NCBI RefSeq assembly: GCF_013122565.1
Contig: NZ_CP053258.1
DNA from: Escherichia coli
GTDB taxonomy: Bacteria > Pseudomonadota > Gammaproteobacteria > Enterobacterales > Enterobacteriaceae
Length of the DNA stretch: 64,000 nucleotides
Reading direction: 5' to 3' (one strand)
Program-made: the position numbers and the translations under genes
In this document: positions 32,356-41,605 of the stretch, one piece after another
Position numbering within the stretch: the stretch's first letter is position 1
Layout: the number at the start of each line of letters is the position of its first letter
The notes under the pieces: model-generated
What the model was told of the DNA's origin: nothing
Database searches by the model: none
Seen by the model: only the letters and a program-made list of their open reading frames with translations

Positions 32356-33483
32356 TTGAATTACCAAATGATTACCACGGACGATGCGCTGGCTTCTTTG
32401 TGTGAAGCCGTCCGTGCCTTTCCGGCGATAGCCCTGGATACTGAATTTGTTCGTACGCGCACTTATTACCCGCAGCTGGGGTTGATTCAACTTTTCGATG
32501 GCGAGCATCTGGCGCTAATTGATCCTCTCGGGATCACCGACTGGTCACCGCTGAAAGCGATCCTGCGCGATCCGTCCATCACAAAATTTCTCCATGCAGG
32601 CAGTGAAGATCTGGAAGTGTTCCTCAATGTCTTTGGCGAATTACCACAACCCTTGATTGACACGCAAATCCTTGCTGCCTTCTGCGGACGCCCGATGTCA
32701 TGGGGTTTCGCTTCCATGGTGGAAGAGTATTCCGGCGTTACGCTGGACAAGAGTGAATCGCGCACCGACTGGCTGGCCAGACCGCTGACCGAACGTCAGT
32801 GTGAATACGCAGCGGCGGATGTCTGGTATCTGTTACCGATCACCGCCAAGCTTATGGTAGAAACGGAGGCCTCCGGCTGGCTACCTGCGGCGCTGGATGA
32901 ATGCCGCCTGATGCAAATGCGTCGTCAGGAAGTCGTTGCGCCGGAAGATGCCTGGCGTGATATCACCAATGCCTGGCAGTTACGCACACGCCAACTGGCC
33001 TGTCTGCAACTGTTAGCCGACTGGCGACTGCGCAAGGCGCGAGAGCGCGATCTGGCGGTGAACTTTGTCGTGCGTGAAGAGCATTTGTGGTCGGTAGCGC
33101 GTTATATGCCGGGAAGTTTAGGCGAACTGGACAGCCTGGGTTTATCCGGTAGCGAAATCCGCTTTCACGGTAAAACGCTGCTGGCGCTGGTGGAAAAAGC
33201 GCAGACATTGCCGGAAGAGGCCTTACCGCAGCCGATGCTTAACCTGATGGACATGCCGGGTTATCGTAAAGCGTTTAAAGCGATTAAGTCGCTGATTACT
33301 GACGTGAGCGAAACGCACAAGATCAGCGCCGAATTGCTGGCATCGCGTCGGCAAATCAACCAACTGCTGAACTGGCACTGGAAACTGAAACCGCAGCACA
33401 ATTTGCCGGAGCTGATTTCCGGCTGGCGTGGTGAGCTGATGGCGGAAGCATTACACAATTTATTGCAGGAATATCCGCAGTAA
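32356..33483 (+). CDS. rnd: Ribonuclease D
   Basis: ORF track, 375 aa, starting at TTG 32356 (NYQMITTDDALASLCEAVRAFPAIALDTEF...). DEDD exonuclease and HRDC domains. The UUG start is a known feature of rnd. Confidence 0.95.
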   Translation: MNYQMITTDDALASLCEAVRAFPAIALDTEFVRTRTYYPQLGLIQLFDGEHLALIDPLGITDWSPLKAILRDPSITKFLHAGSEDLEVFLNVFGELPQPLIDTQILAAFCGRPMSWGFASMVEEYSGVTLDKSESRTDWLARPLTERQCEYAAADVWYLLPITAKLMVETEASGWLPAALDECRLMQMRRQEVVAPEDAWRDITNAWQLRTRQLACLQLLADWRLRKARERDLAVNFVVREEHLWSVARYMPGSLGELDSLGLSGSEIRFHGKTLLALVEKAQTLPEEALPQPMLNLMDMPGYRKAFKAIKSLITDVSETHKISAELLASRRQINQLLNWHWKLKPQHNLPELISGWRGELMAEALHNLLQEYPQ

Positions 33484-33489
33484 AATCTT

Positions 33490-33532
33490 CCGAAGCCGGA
33501 CTGGGCGCGCTCAGCGCCACATCCGGCTTCGG
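33490..33532. terminator. Long hairpin between convergent rnd and the yeaX remnant
   Basis: 11-bp outer stem ccgaagccgga/tccggcttcgg enclosing an inner GC-rich repeat (gggcgc..gcgcc). GC-rich and REP-like in style. Confidence 0.45.
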
Positions 33533-33536
33533 CAAA

Positions 33537-33950
33537 CTACAAATCCAACACCAGGCGTTTACCCTTCGCACGCGAACAACAGATCAACATACTTTGCTGG
33601 CTGGCACGCTCTTCATCGCTAAAATACTGATCCCGATGGTCAGCTTCACCTTCCAGTATTGCCGTTTCGCAGGTTCCGCATACCCCTTCACGACATAAAC
33701 ATTCCACTTTCGCGGCTTTATTATTTTCAATAACCTGCAAAATAGTCATCTCTTCCGGCACCACAAACTCTTTTCCGGAACGGGCAAGCACCAGGGTAAA
33801 TGCATCGCCGGTTTTGTCTTCGATAGCAAATTGCTCAAAGTGCAGCGTATCGGCGGCGATGTCCAGACGCGCAGCTTCACTTCTTACCGCTTCAATTAGC
33901 GCCTCGGGGCCACAGGTATAAACGTGTGTGCCAGGTTCGATATCCGCCAT
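33537..33950 (-). pseudogene. yeaX: Truncated yeaX: only the C-terminal part of the reductase, including the plant-type 2Fe-2S ferredoxin domain
   Basis: ORF track 33537..34016 (159 aa). From ADIEPGTHVYTCGPEALIEAV... to ...CREGVCGTCETAILEG...LICCSRAKGKRLVLDL it matches the C-terminal part of YeaX (321 aa in K-12 by my recollection). The N-terminal FMN/NAD part is absent, and codons upstream of 33950 fall in a palindrome and AT-rich DNA. Confidence 0.75.
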
Positions 33951-33992
33951 TGACATCCTCCACGTCCTGAAGGACGAGGAGGATGTCAATGG
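33947..33992. repeat. 46-nt near-perfect palindrome at the yeaX truncation point
   Basis: ccattgacatcctccacgtcct-ga-aggacgaggaggatgtcaatgg: 22-nt arms, 21 of 22 complementary, counted base by base. Each arm carries GGAGG-N6-ATG on its own strand. Confidence 0.9.
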
Positions 33993-34139
33993 CAGGGTAT
34001 GAGTTGTATATTGCATTTAACGAATTAATTATTTTTGTGTTATATAAATTAAACAATTAAGAATTCGGAAAGCCATAAAACACGAAACGGAAACAATAAA
34101 AGGTGAAATGACGCAGGTTATTAACTGCAAAGAACGAAT

Positions 34140-34165
34140 AAAAAAACCGCGTCAGTGACGCGGTT
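34140..34165 (-). terminator. dmlA rho-independent terminator
   Basis: Minus strand: aaccgcgtc-act-gacgcggtt followed by U7, 20 nt after the dmlA stop. Confidence 0.8.
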
Positions 34166-34184
34166 CAAATAAACTGGTTTGACC

Positions 34185-35270
34185 TTAACGCAAAATAATT
34201 TTGCAAATCGCGTCGGCAACCTGTGGCGTGGTGGCACTGCCTTTCATATCCGGTGTTTTCGGCCCGTGAGCAATCACTTCTTCAATCGCTGCCAGAATAC
34301 CGTTATGCGCTTGCTGGAAACGCTCATCGCCATTGCCGAGAAAATCGAGCATCATTGCACCGGCCCAAATTGTGGCGATAGGGTTAGCAATATTTTTCCC
34401 GTAGATATCCGGCGCGGAACCGTGGACAGGCTCGAAGAGCGACGGGAAAGTGCGTTCCGGATTCAGGTTGGCGGATGGGGCAATGCCAATGGTGCCGGTG
34501 CAGGCCGGGCCAAGATCGGAAAGGATATCGCCAAACAAATTGGACGCCACTACCACATCGAAGCGTTCCGGCTGCATCACAAAACGCGCGCAGAGAATAT
34601 CAATATGCTGCTTGTCCCACCGGATCTCCGGATAATTCTCGGCCATTGCTTCCACTCGCTCATCCCAGTACGGCATGCTGATGGCTAAACCGTTCGATTT
34701 AGTGGCAGAAGTTAGTGTCTTACGTGGGCGGCTTTGCGCAAGTTCGAAGGCATAACGCAAAATGCGATCGACACCACGACGCGTAAATACCGATTCCTGA
34801 ATGACGACTTCATGCTCTGTACCTTCATTCACTCTACCGCCGAGCGAGGAATATTCGCCTTCGGTGTTTTCCCTGACCACGTAAAAATCGATGTCGCCAG
34901 GCTGTTTTCCCGCCAGCGGGCAGGGAACGCCAGGAAAGAGACGAACCGGGCGCAGATTGACGTACTGGTCGAATTCACGACGAAATTTCAGCAGCGAACC
35001 CCACAACGAAATATGGTCCGGAACGGTATCCGGCCAGCCGACGGCACCAAAATAGATGGCGTCGAAACGGCTAAGTTGCTCATGCCAGTCGTCCGGCATC
35101 ATTTTACCGTGATGGCTGTAATACTCGCAGCTCGCCCACTCCATTTGCTCAAAACTCAAGGCGAAGCCCCAGCGCTCAGCGGCAGCCTGTAACACGCGAA
35201 TCCCTTCAGGAAGGACTTCTTTGCCAATCCCGTCTCCCGGGATCGCAGCAATACGCATCGTTTTCATCAT
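34185..35270 (-). CDS. dmlA: D-malate/3-isopropylmalate dehydrogenase (decarboxylating) DmlA (YeaU)
   Basis: ORF track, 361 aa (MMKTMRIAAIPGDGIGKEVLPEGIRVLQAAAERWGF...). Isocitrate/isopropylmalate dehydrogenase family. Recognised. Confidence 0.94.
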   Translation of the reverse strand: MMKTMRIAAIPGDGIGKEVLPEGIRVLQAAAERWGFALSFEQMEWASCEYYSHHGKMMPDDWHEQLSRFDAIYFGAVGWPDTVPDHISLWGSLLKFRREFDQYVNLRPVRLFPGVPCPLAGKQPGDIDFYVVRENTEGEYSSLGGRVNEGTEHEVVIQESVFTRRGVDRILRYAFELAQSRPRKTLTSATKSNGLAISMPYWDERVEAMAENYPEIRWDKQHIDILCARFVMQPERFDVVVASNLFGDILSDLGPACTGTIGIAPSANLNPERTFPSLFEPVHGSAPDIYGKNIANPIATIWAGAMMLDFLGNGDERFQQAHNGILAAIEEVIAHGPKTPDMKGSATTPQVADAICKIILR

Positions 35271-35372
35271 TGGGTTCTCACTTCCTGACCATCAAAATTG
35301 ACAACATCACCATCCTATAATTGACTGAAAAGGAATTAATCCCCGTAACTGGTGAAACATAAAACACGAATC

Positions 35373-36296
35373 ATGAATAATTTACCGCTGCTGAATGATT
35401 TGCGCGTCTTTATGCTGGTGGCTCGCCGGGCTGGTTTTGCCGCCGTGGCGGAAGAACTGGGCGTTTCACCGGCGTTCGTCAGCAAGCGCATCGCCTTGCT
35501 GGAGCAAACGCTAAACGTGGTGTTGTTACACCGCACCACCCGCCGCGTCACCATTACCGAAGAAGGAGAGCGGATTTATGAATGGGCGCAGCGGATTTTG
35601 CAGGATGTCGGTCAGATGATGGACGAACTTTCTGACGTGCGTCAGGTGCCACAGGGGATGCTGCGTATTATCAGCAGCTTTGGTTTTGGACGACAGGTGG
35701 TGGCTCCGGCGTTATCAGCGCTGGCGAAGGCGTATCCGCAACTGGAATTACGTTTTGATGTGGAAGACCGGCTGGTCGATTTGGTCAATGAAGGTGTCGA
35801 TCTCGATATTCGCATTGGCGATGACATCGCCCCTAATTTAATCGCCCGCAAACTGGCGACCAATTACCGCATTCTCTGCGCGTCGCCGGAATTTATTGCG
35901 CAACATGGCGCGCCGAAACATTTAACCGATCTTTCTGCATTGCCGTGCCTGGTCATTAAAGAGCGCGATCATCCTTTTGGTGTCTGGCAATTACGCAATA
36001 AAGAAGGCCACCATGCGATTAAAGTCACCGGCCCACTGTCGTCTAATCATGGAGAAATTGTCCATCAGTGGTGTCTCGATGGGCAGGGGATTGCTCTGCG
36101 CTCCTGGTGGGATGTTAGCGAAAACATTGCCAGTGGTCATTTAGTGCAAGTGCTACCGGAATATTACCAGCCAGCGAACGTCTGGGCCGTTTATGTTTCA
36201 AGGCTGGCGACGTCAGCGAAAGTGCGGATAACGGTAGAATTTTTACGCCAGTATTTTGCCGAGCACTACCCGAATTTTTCACTGGAGCATGCCTGA
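35373..36296 (+). CDS. dmlR: LysR-family activator DmlR (YeaT)
   Basis: ORF track 35352..36296. Start trimmed to ATG 35373 (MNNLPLLNDLRVFMLVARRAGFAAVAEELGVSPAFVSKRI...), giving 307 aa. Divergent from dmlA. Confidence 0.9.
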   Translation: MNNLPLLNDLRVFMLVARRAGFAAVAEELGVSPAFVSKRIALLEQTLNVVLLHRTTRRVTITEEGERIYEWAQRILQDVGQMMDELSDVRQVPQGMLRIISSFGFGRQVVAPALSALAKAYPQLELRFDVEDRLVDLVNEGVDLDIRIGDDIAPNLIARKLATNYRILCASPEFIAQHGAPKHLTDLSALPCLVIKERDHPFGVWQLRNKEGHHAIKVTGPLSSNHGEIVHQWCLDGQGIALRSWWDVSENIASGHLVQVLPEYYQPANVWAVYVSRLATSAKVRITVEFLRQYFAEHYPNFSLEHA

Positions 36297-36353
36297 TTAA
36301 TGATTCAATTATCGGGTTGATATCAGGTTAAAACCTGATTTTCTCCTTTCTAA

Positions 36354-37061
<708 letters not shown>

Positions 37062-37144
37062 TGCTTTCAGCCCGCGTTGTCGCGGGCTTCCCATCTGTAA
37101 TTCTCCCTGATTCTTCTTTGATACGGTGCTAAAAAGTAACCAAT

Positions 37145-37167
37145 AAATGGTATTTAAAATGCAAATT
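37145..37167. promoter_or_regulatory. Candidate NsrR operator in the yeaR-yoaG promoter
   Basis: The reverse complement reads AATTTGCATTT-T-AAATACCATTT, resembling the NsrR 11-1-11 inverted repeat (AAnATGCATTT). yeaR-yoaG is an established NsrR/NarL target. Confidence 0.45.
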
Positions 37168-37233
37168 ATCAGGCGTACCCTGAAACGGCTGGAATAAACC
37201 GTTTTCAGCGCATTCACCGAAGGAGGGAAAAGG

Positions 37234-37593
37234 ATGCTGCAAATCCCACAGAATTATATTCATACGCGCTCAACGCCTTTCTGGAATAAACAAACTGCGC
37301 CTGCCGGAATATTCGAACGTCATCTTGATAAAGGAACGCGCCCGGGGGTTTACCCACGCCTTTCCGTTATGCATGGGGCGGTCAAATATCTCGGCTACGC
37401 TGATGAACACAGTGCAGAGCCTGATCTGGTGATCCTTATCGAAGCGGGGCAGTTTGCGGTGTTCCCTCCAGAAAAGTGGCACAACATTGAAGCCATGACT
37501 GACGATACTTATTTCAACATTGACTTCTTCGTTGCTCCTGAAGTCCTGATGGAAGGCGCGCAACAACGGAAAGTCATTCATAACGGGAAATGA
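37234..37593 (+). CDS. yeaR: DUF1971 protein YeaR
   Basis: ORF track, 119 aa (MLQIPQNYIHTRSTPFWNKQTAPAGIFERHLDKGTRPGVYPRL...). Recognised. Confidence 0.9.
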   Translation: MLQIPQNYIHTRSTPFWNKQTAPAGIFERHLDKGTRPGVYPRLSVMHGAVKYLGYADEHSAEPDLVILIEAGQFAVFPPEKWHNIEAMTDDTYFNIDFFVAPEVLMEGAQQRKVIHNGK

Positions 37594-37596
37594 ATC

Positions 37597-37779
37597 ATGG
37601 GCAAAGCAACGTATACCGTGACCGTCACCAATAACAGCAATGGCGTTTCTGTCGATTATGAAACAGAGACGCCGATGACTTTGCTGGTGCCAGAAGTGGC
37701 GGCTGAAGTGATAAAAGATCTGGTGAATACCGTGCGTTCTTATGACACGGAAAACGAACATGATGTTTGTGGTTGGTAA
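37597..37779 (+). CDS. yoaG: DUF1869 small protein YoaG
   Basis: ORF track, 60 aa (MGKATYTVTVTNNSNGVSVDYETETPMTLLVPEVAAEVIKDLV...). Starts 3 nt after the yeaR stop. Confidence 0.9.
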   Translation: MGKATYTVTVTNNSNGVSVDYETETPMTLLVPEVAAEVIKDLVNTVRSYDTENEHDVCGW

Positions 37780-37926
37780 TTATCACTGATCGTTGATGGC
37801 GCAATTTCTGCGCCATCGCAAAAAAATCCTCCGTGATGCTCGTCACAAATCTTGCCCTCCCGATGTTGTGCTATGCTTTTTATCAGCGACTAACCCGCTA
37901 ATGCAAAACAGATAAGTGAGGAAACA

Positions 37927-38175
37927 ATGGGTATTCTGTCATGGATTATTTTTGGGCTTATTGCCGGTATTCTGGCGAAGTGGATCATGCCAGGTAAAGA
38001 TGGTGGTGGATTCTTTATGACTATCCTGCTGGGAATAGTCGGTGCCGTAGTCGGCGGATGGATCAGCACGCTGTTTGGCTTTGGTAAAGTCGATGGCTTC
38101 AATTTTGGCAGCTTCGTGGTTGCCGTTATTGGTGCGATTGTCGTGCTATTTATCTACAGGAAGATTAAAAGTTAA
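37927..38175 (+). CDS. yeaQ: GlsB/YeaQ/YmgE-family stress membrane protein YeaQ
   Basis: ORF track, 82 aa (MGILSWIIFGLIAGILAKWIMPGKDGGGFFMTILLGIVGAVVGGW...). Recognised. Confidence 0.92.
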   Translation: MGILSWIIFGLIAGILAKWIMPGKDGGGFFMTILLGIVGAVVGGWISTLFGFGKVDGFNFGSFVVAVIGAIVVLFIYRKIKS

Positions 38176-38188
38176 CGCGTAAATTGCA

Positions 38189-38223
38189 CAAAGGCTGCAC
38201 ACAGGCAGCCTTTGCTATTTTTT
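38189..38223 (+). terminator. yeaQ rho-independent terminator
   Basis: 10-bp stem caaaggctgc/gcagcctttg with loop acacag, followed by ctattttttt. Confidence 0.8.
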
Positions 38224-38233
38224 AGAGGTGACG

Positions 38234-38308
38234 TTACCACCATCCCAGCTCAGTGCCGAGTACGACAATAATCGCCACACCCATCATAATGATCGTTGTT
38301 TTTTTCAT
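38234..38308 (-). CDS. yoaJ: Small membrane protein YoaJ (24 aa)
   Basis: Read directly from the minus strand: ATG 38308, MKKTTIIMMGVAIIVVLGTELGWW-stop. Matches YoaJ. Confidence 0.8.
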   Translation of the reverse strand: MKKTTIIMMGVAIIVVLGTELGWW

Positions 38309-38310
38309 CT

Positions 38311-38409
38311 TTATGCTCCCGGGGCAGCATAGCCGCCAATAAAAAACCATGCTAAAAATACGACCGCTGTAATGAAGATTACAACCGGAAAAATAATACC
38401 GATTCGCAT
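38311..38409 (-). CDS. yoaK: Small membrane protein YoaK (32 aa)
   Basis: Read directly from the minus strand: ATG 38409, MRIGIIFPVVIFITAVVFLAWFFIGGYAAPGA-stop. Matches YoaK. Its stop lies 2 nt upstream of the yoaJ start. Confidence 0.8.
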   Translation of the reverse strand: MRIGIIFPVVIFITAVVFLAWFFIGGYAAPGA

Positions 38410-38441
38410 GTTATCACCAATCAAAAGGATGTGAATACGCC

Positions 38442-39467
38442 TCAGGAATGTAGCGCTGGATGCGCGACAAAAGGTGTTTTCTGTTTGTGTTTTTTCTCCT
38501 GATACATCGCGATATCGGCAGCATGCAGGGCACTGTCTGCATCGGTTGTTTCAGGATCGACTTCTACTATGCCAAGACTGGCACCAGGATAATACAAATC
38601 AACATCACCTAAGTGATATTCTCCGCGTATTTGCTGCTGAATACGTTCTCGCAGCGACGAAATATCCGCATTCTCGTTGTTCAGTGAAACAACCAAAAAC
38701 TCATCACCGCCGAGACGACCAATAACTTCGCCATTTTGCTGGAGCGTATTAAGGCGCTCGCCAACCTGAATGAGGAACAAATCACCACTATTATGACCAA
38801 AACGATCGTTGATTAATTTGAAGTTATCCAGATCGATAAACGCGATCATTATCTTATGGTTAAGATGCCGGGCGAGGGAAAACAGCGTCGTCAGATTTTC
38901 AAAAATCGCCCGCCGATTCGGTAGCCCGGTTAACGAGTCGGTATACGATTGCGCAATCAGCGCAGCATTGGCTTCGCGCAGCTGTTCAACCAACGCCTCT
39001 TTTTGAATATATTGTGCAATCAGTCCGGCGAATAACTGTAAAACCTGTTCCGCGCGTTCACTCCACTGGCGCTTCTCACTGCTGGCGGCGCAAAGCGTGC
39101 CATAGAATGATCCATCCGGTAAGTGAATTGGCGTGCTCAGAAATGTGGTGATGCCAAGATTGCGTGCCGCAATACAGTCGCCCCAACGGTCAGGGACTTC
39201 ATCGCTGAAAAAGCAGTTTTCATCAATGGCGCGTTTGCATAACGAGTAATCCCACGAGACGGTAAAATTCTCCGGGATGTGCATTTTCTGGCTGTTACGG
39301 GCAAACATAATATGCTGCAGGCGCGCTTCGACATCCACTTTGGTCAGGTAGGTTGATTCCATATCAGTGACCATTTCCAGCATCTCCAGAAGCTGTCGGA
39401 CCAGACTTTCCAGTGACTGTTCTTTGGCAAGGGATTGCGAGACGCGGTCGATGATCTGATCTGACAC
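38442..39467 (-). CDS. dgcP: Diguanylate cyclase DgcP (YeaP), GAF plus GGDEF
   Basis: ORF track 38442..39596. Start set to GTG 39467 (SDQIIDRVSQSLAKEQSLESLVRQ...), giving 341 aa as in K-12. Intact RLGGDEFLVV motif. Confidence 0.88.
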   Translation of the reverse strand: MSDQIIDRVSQSLAKEQSLESLVRQLLEMLEMVTDMESTYLTKVDVEARLQHIMFARNSQKMHIPENFTVSWDYSLCKRAIDENCFFSDEVPDRWGDCIAARNLGITTFLSTPIHLPDGSFYGTLCAASSEKRQWSERAEQVLQLFAGLIAQYIQKEALVEQLREANAALIAQSYTDSLTGLPNRRAIFENLTTLFSLARHLNHKIMIAFIDLDNFKLINDRFGHNSGDLFLIQVGERLNTLQQNGEVIGRLGGDEFLVVSLNNENADISSLRERIQQQIRGEYHLGDVDLYYPGASLGIVEVDPETTDADSALHAADIAMYQEKKHKQKTPFVAHPALHS

Positions 39468-39649
39468 GAAACAACTCCAGGATACGGCGGGTAAATGCTG
39501 ATTATTTAATCTTTGCAGGCATGATAAAACATCATCAACAAAGATGAAACAATGCGTAATATGATTTGAGTGAATGTAATAAAAATAGTGCTGCAAAACA
39601 AAACGATACCGCGATACTCTAAGTCTGGATAAATATGTGAGATCAATAA

Positions 39650-39904
39650 ATGAAAATTATCAGTTTTGTTCTGCCTTGCTTGCTGGTCCTGGCTGGTTGT
39701 TCAACCCCTTCTCAGCCAGAAGCACCCAAACCGCCGCAGATTGGTATGGCAAATCCGGCGTCGGTCTATTGCCAGCAGAAGGGCGGGACGCTCATTCCAG
39801 TGCGGACAGCGCAAGGGGTCAGCAACAATTGCAAATTACCGGGCGGTGAAACGATTGATGAATGGGCATTGTGGCGACGGGACCATCCGGCTGGTGAAAA
39901 ATAA
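39650..39904 (+). CDS. yoaF: DUF333 lipoprotein YoaF
   Basis: ORF track, 84 aa. Lipobox LAGC (MKIISFVLPCLLVLAGCSTPSQ...). Recognised. Confidence 0.9.
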   Translation: MKIISFVLPCLLVLAGCSTPSQPEAPKPPQIGMANPASVYCQQKGGTLIPVRTAQGVSNNCKLPGGETIDEWALWRRDHPAGEK

Positions 39905-39925
39905 CCGCCGGATGCTGTACTAAAA

Positions 39926-40273
39926 TCACAAGCTACGTAGCCAGTCGGCCAGCACCAGCGCATGGTTCTGCGTGGTGTTTTTGGCTGAGTAGAGCAGGGT
40001 CAGCGGCTGTTTTTTGGCGATGTCCGCCAGCCGCTTTCCTTCTTGCTCGTGTTGCGCCAGTTCTGCAAGATATTGCTCGCGAAAGGTTGCAAAATCGACG
40101 ACTTCGCCGTGAAAGGCTTTGCGCAGTTCCGTTGACGGTGTGATTTCTTTATCCCACTCATCAAGGGCTAAATCGGTTTTTTTGATACCGCGCGGCCAGA
40201 GGCGGTCGACCAGTACGCGATAACCATCGCTCTGTTCAGCCGGATCATAAACGCGTTTGCACTGAATATTCAT
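39926..40273 (-). CDS. yeaO: DUF488 protein YeaO
   Basis: ORF track 39926..40294. Start trimmed to ATG 40273 (MNIQCKRVYDPAEQSDGYRVLVDRLWPRGIKK...), giving 115 aa. Confidence 0.88.
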   Translation of the reverse strand: MNIQCKRVYDPAEQSDGYRVLVDRLWPRGIKKTDLALDEWDKEITPSTELRKAFHGEVVDFATFREQYLAELAQHEQEGKRLADIAKKQPLTLLYSAKNTTQNHALVLADWLRSL

Positions 40274-40327
40274 CGTGTTTGTTCTCCCTTTCACGCATGA
40301 TTTGTCACGTCACTATAGCACCGGATA

Positions 40328-41509
40328 TTAGCGAATTTCTTTGTCTCTCCCGGCGCAAAGTCCGAAAATCGCCATCAGTAGTGACAGTATTGCAACACCC
40401 ATCAGTGGTGCGGACCAGTCACCGATAGCATCGTGTATTTTCCCCATCAGCGGCGGCCCACAGGCTGCCAGCAAATACCCGACGGATTGTGCCATCCCCG
40501 AGAGTGCCGCCGCCTGATGCGCAGAACTAGCCCGCAGACCAATGAACGTCAATCCCAGTATCATTGCTGCGCCGGAACCAAAGCCGAAAAGCAGAGTCCA
40601 GGTGATCGCGTGCGCTGGCATAAAGCAGAGCCCAACCGCGCCCACTGCGCACATCAAGGCAACGAACGCTGCAATACCACGCTGATCTTTCACATGATGT
40701 AAGAAAAGAGGGATCAGCAAACCGGGCGCTGCTGTGGCTAGTTGCAGCAAACCATGCAGTGAACCCGCCTGTGCTTCGCTATAGCCGTGACTGATGAGGA
40801 TCGCCGGAAGCCAGCCAATAATCACGTAATAGACCAGTGAGTTGATCCCAAGAAACAATGTTACCTGCCAGGCAAGCGGCGAACGCCAGATACCCCGAGT
40901 ATGTAAGGCGCGTGAAGTACTCAAATTTGCATGTTGTTGGCTTCGCCACTGTGGCAGCCATAAAAAAAGAGCCAGCAGAGGAAAACACATCAGCATGAGC
41001 AAGGCGCCTTGCCAGCCAAAACCGTTCAAAGCCAGCGGCACTACCATAGCCGATCCCAGGGCCGCCGCAGCTCCCATTGTCAGGGAATATGCGCCGGTAA
41101 GTCTGGCGACGGAATGAGGGAAATCGCGTTTAATTAATCCTGGCAGTAAGACATTACCTAATGCAATCCCACCACCAATGACCGCTGTACCGCCAAATAA
41201 TAAGTAAGGCGAAGGGAGAGAGCGAATTGCGATACCTGCACAGATCAAAAGTAACGCGGCAAACAGGCTACGTTCCATACCAAAACGTCGCGCCACCGGG
41301 GCAGCCAGAGGTGAGATTAGCGCAAAGGCCAATAATGGCAGGGTGGTTAATAAGCCGGTTTGCGCCGTCGTCAGCGAGTAAGCGGAACGAATCGTATCGA
41401 GTAACGGTGCTGCGCCGGTGAAGGTGACGCGTAATGTTGTGGCAATCATTAGAATGCCAGCGATAAGGACAATCCTGTTTTTGCCGCTTAATGAAGTTGA
41501 ACAGGTCAT
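40328..41509 (-). CDS. nimT: MFS exporter NimT (YeaN), CynX family
   Basis: ORF track, 393 aa, 12-TM MFS. Recognised as YeaN. Confidence 0.9.
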   Translation of the reverse strand: MTCSTSLSGKNRIVLIAGILMIATTLRVTFTGAAPLLDTIRSAYSLTTAQTGLLTTLPLLAFALISPLAAPVARRFGMERSLFAALLLICAGIAIRSLPSPYLLFGGTAVIGGGIALGNVLLPGLIKRDFPHSVARLTGAYSLTMGAAAALGSAMVVPLALNGFGWQGALLMLMCFPLLALFLWLPQWRSQQHANLSTSRALHTRGIWRSPLAWQVTLFLGINSLVYYVIIGWLPAILISHGYSEAQAGSLHGLLQLATAAPGLLIPLFLHHVKDQRGIAAFVALMCAVGAVGLCFMPAHAITWTLLFGFGSGAAMILGLTFIGLRASSAHQAAALSGMAQSVGYLLAACGPPLMGKIHDAIGDWSAPLMGVAILSLLMAIFGLCAGRDKEIR

Positions 41510-41605
41510 ATGCTTCTCATTGTTACAAACGAGGCTGTACCTTACCGTTTTTATTGTTATGTTGAATCAAGCTAAAATGACAAATTATCGCTAAATTCGG
41601 ACAAA

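Noticed and set aside
33989-34060. The 23-codon plus-strand ORF starting in the right arm of the palindrome, considered as a real gene.
   Set aside because: Its SD and ATG are a by-product of the palindrome's symmetry, and it runs into AT-rich promoter-like DNA. It is mentioned in the finding but not called as a CDS.
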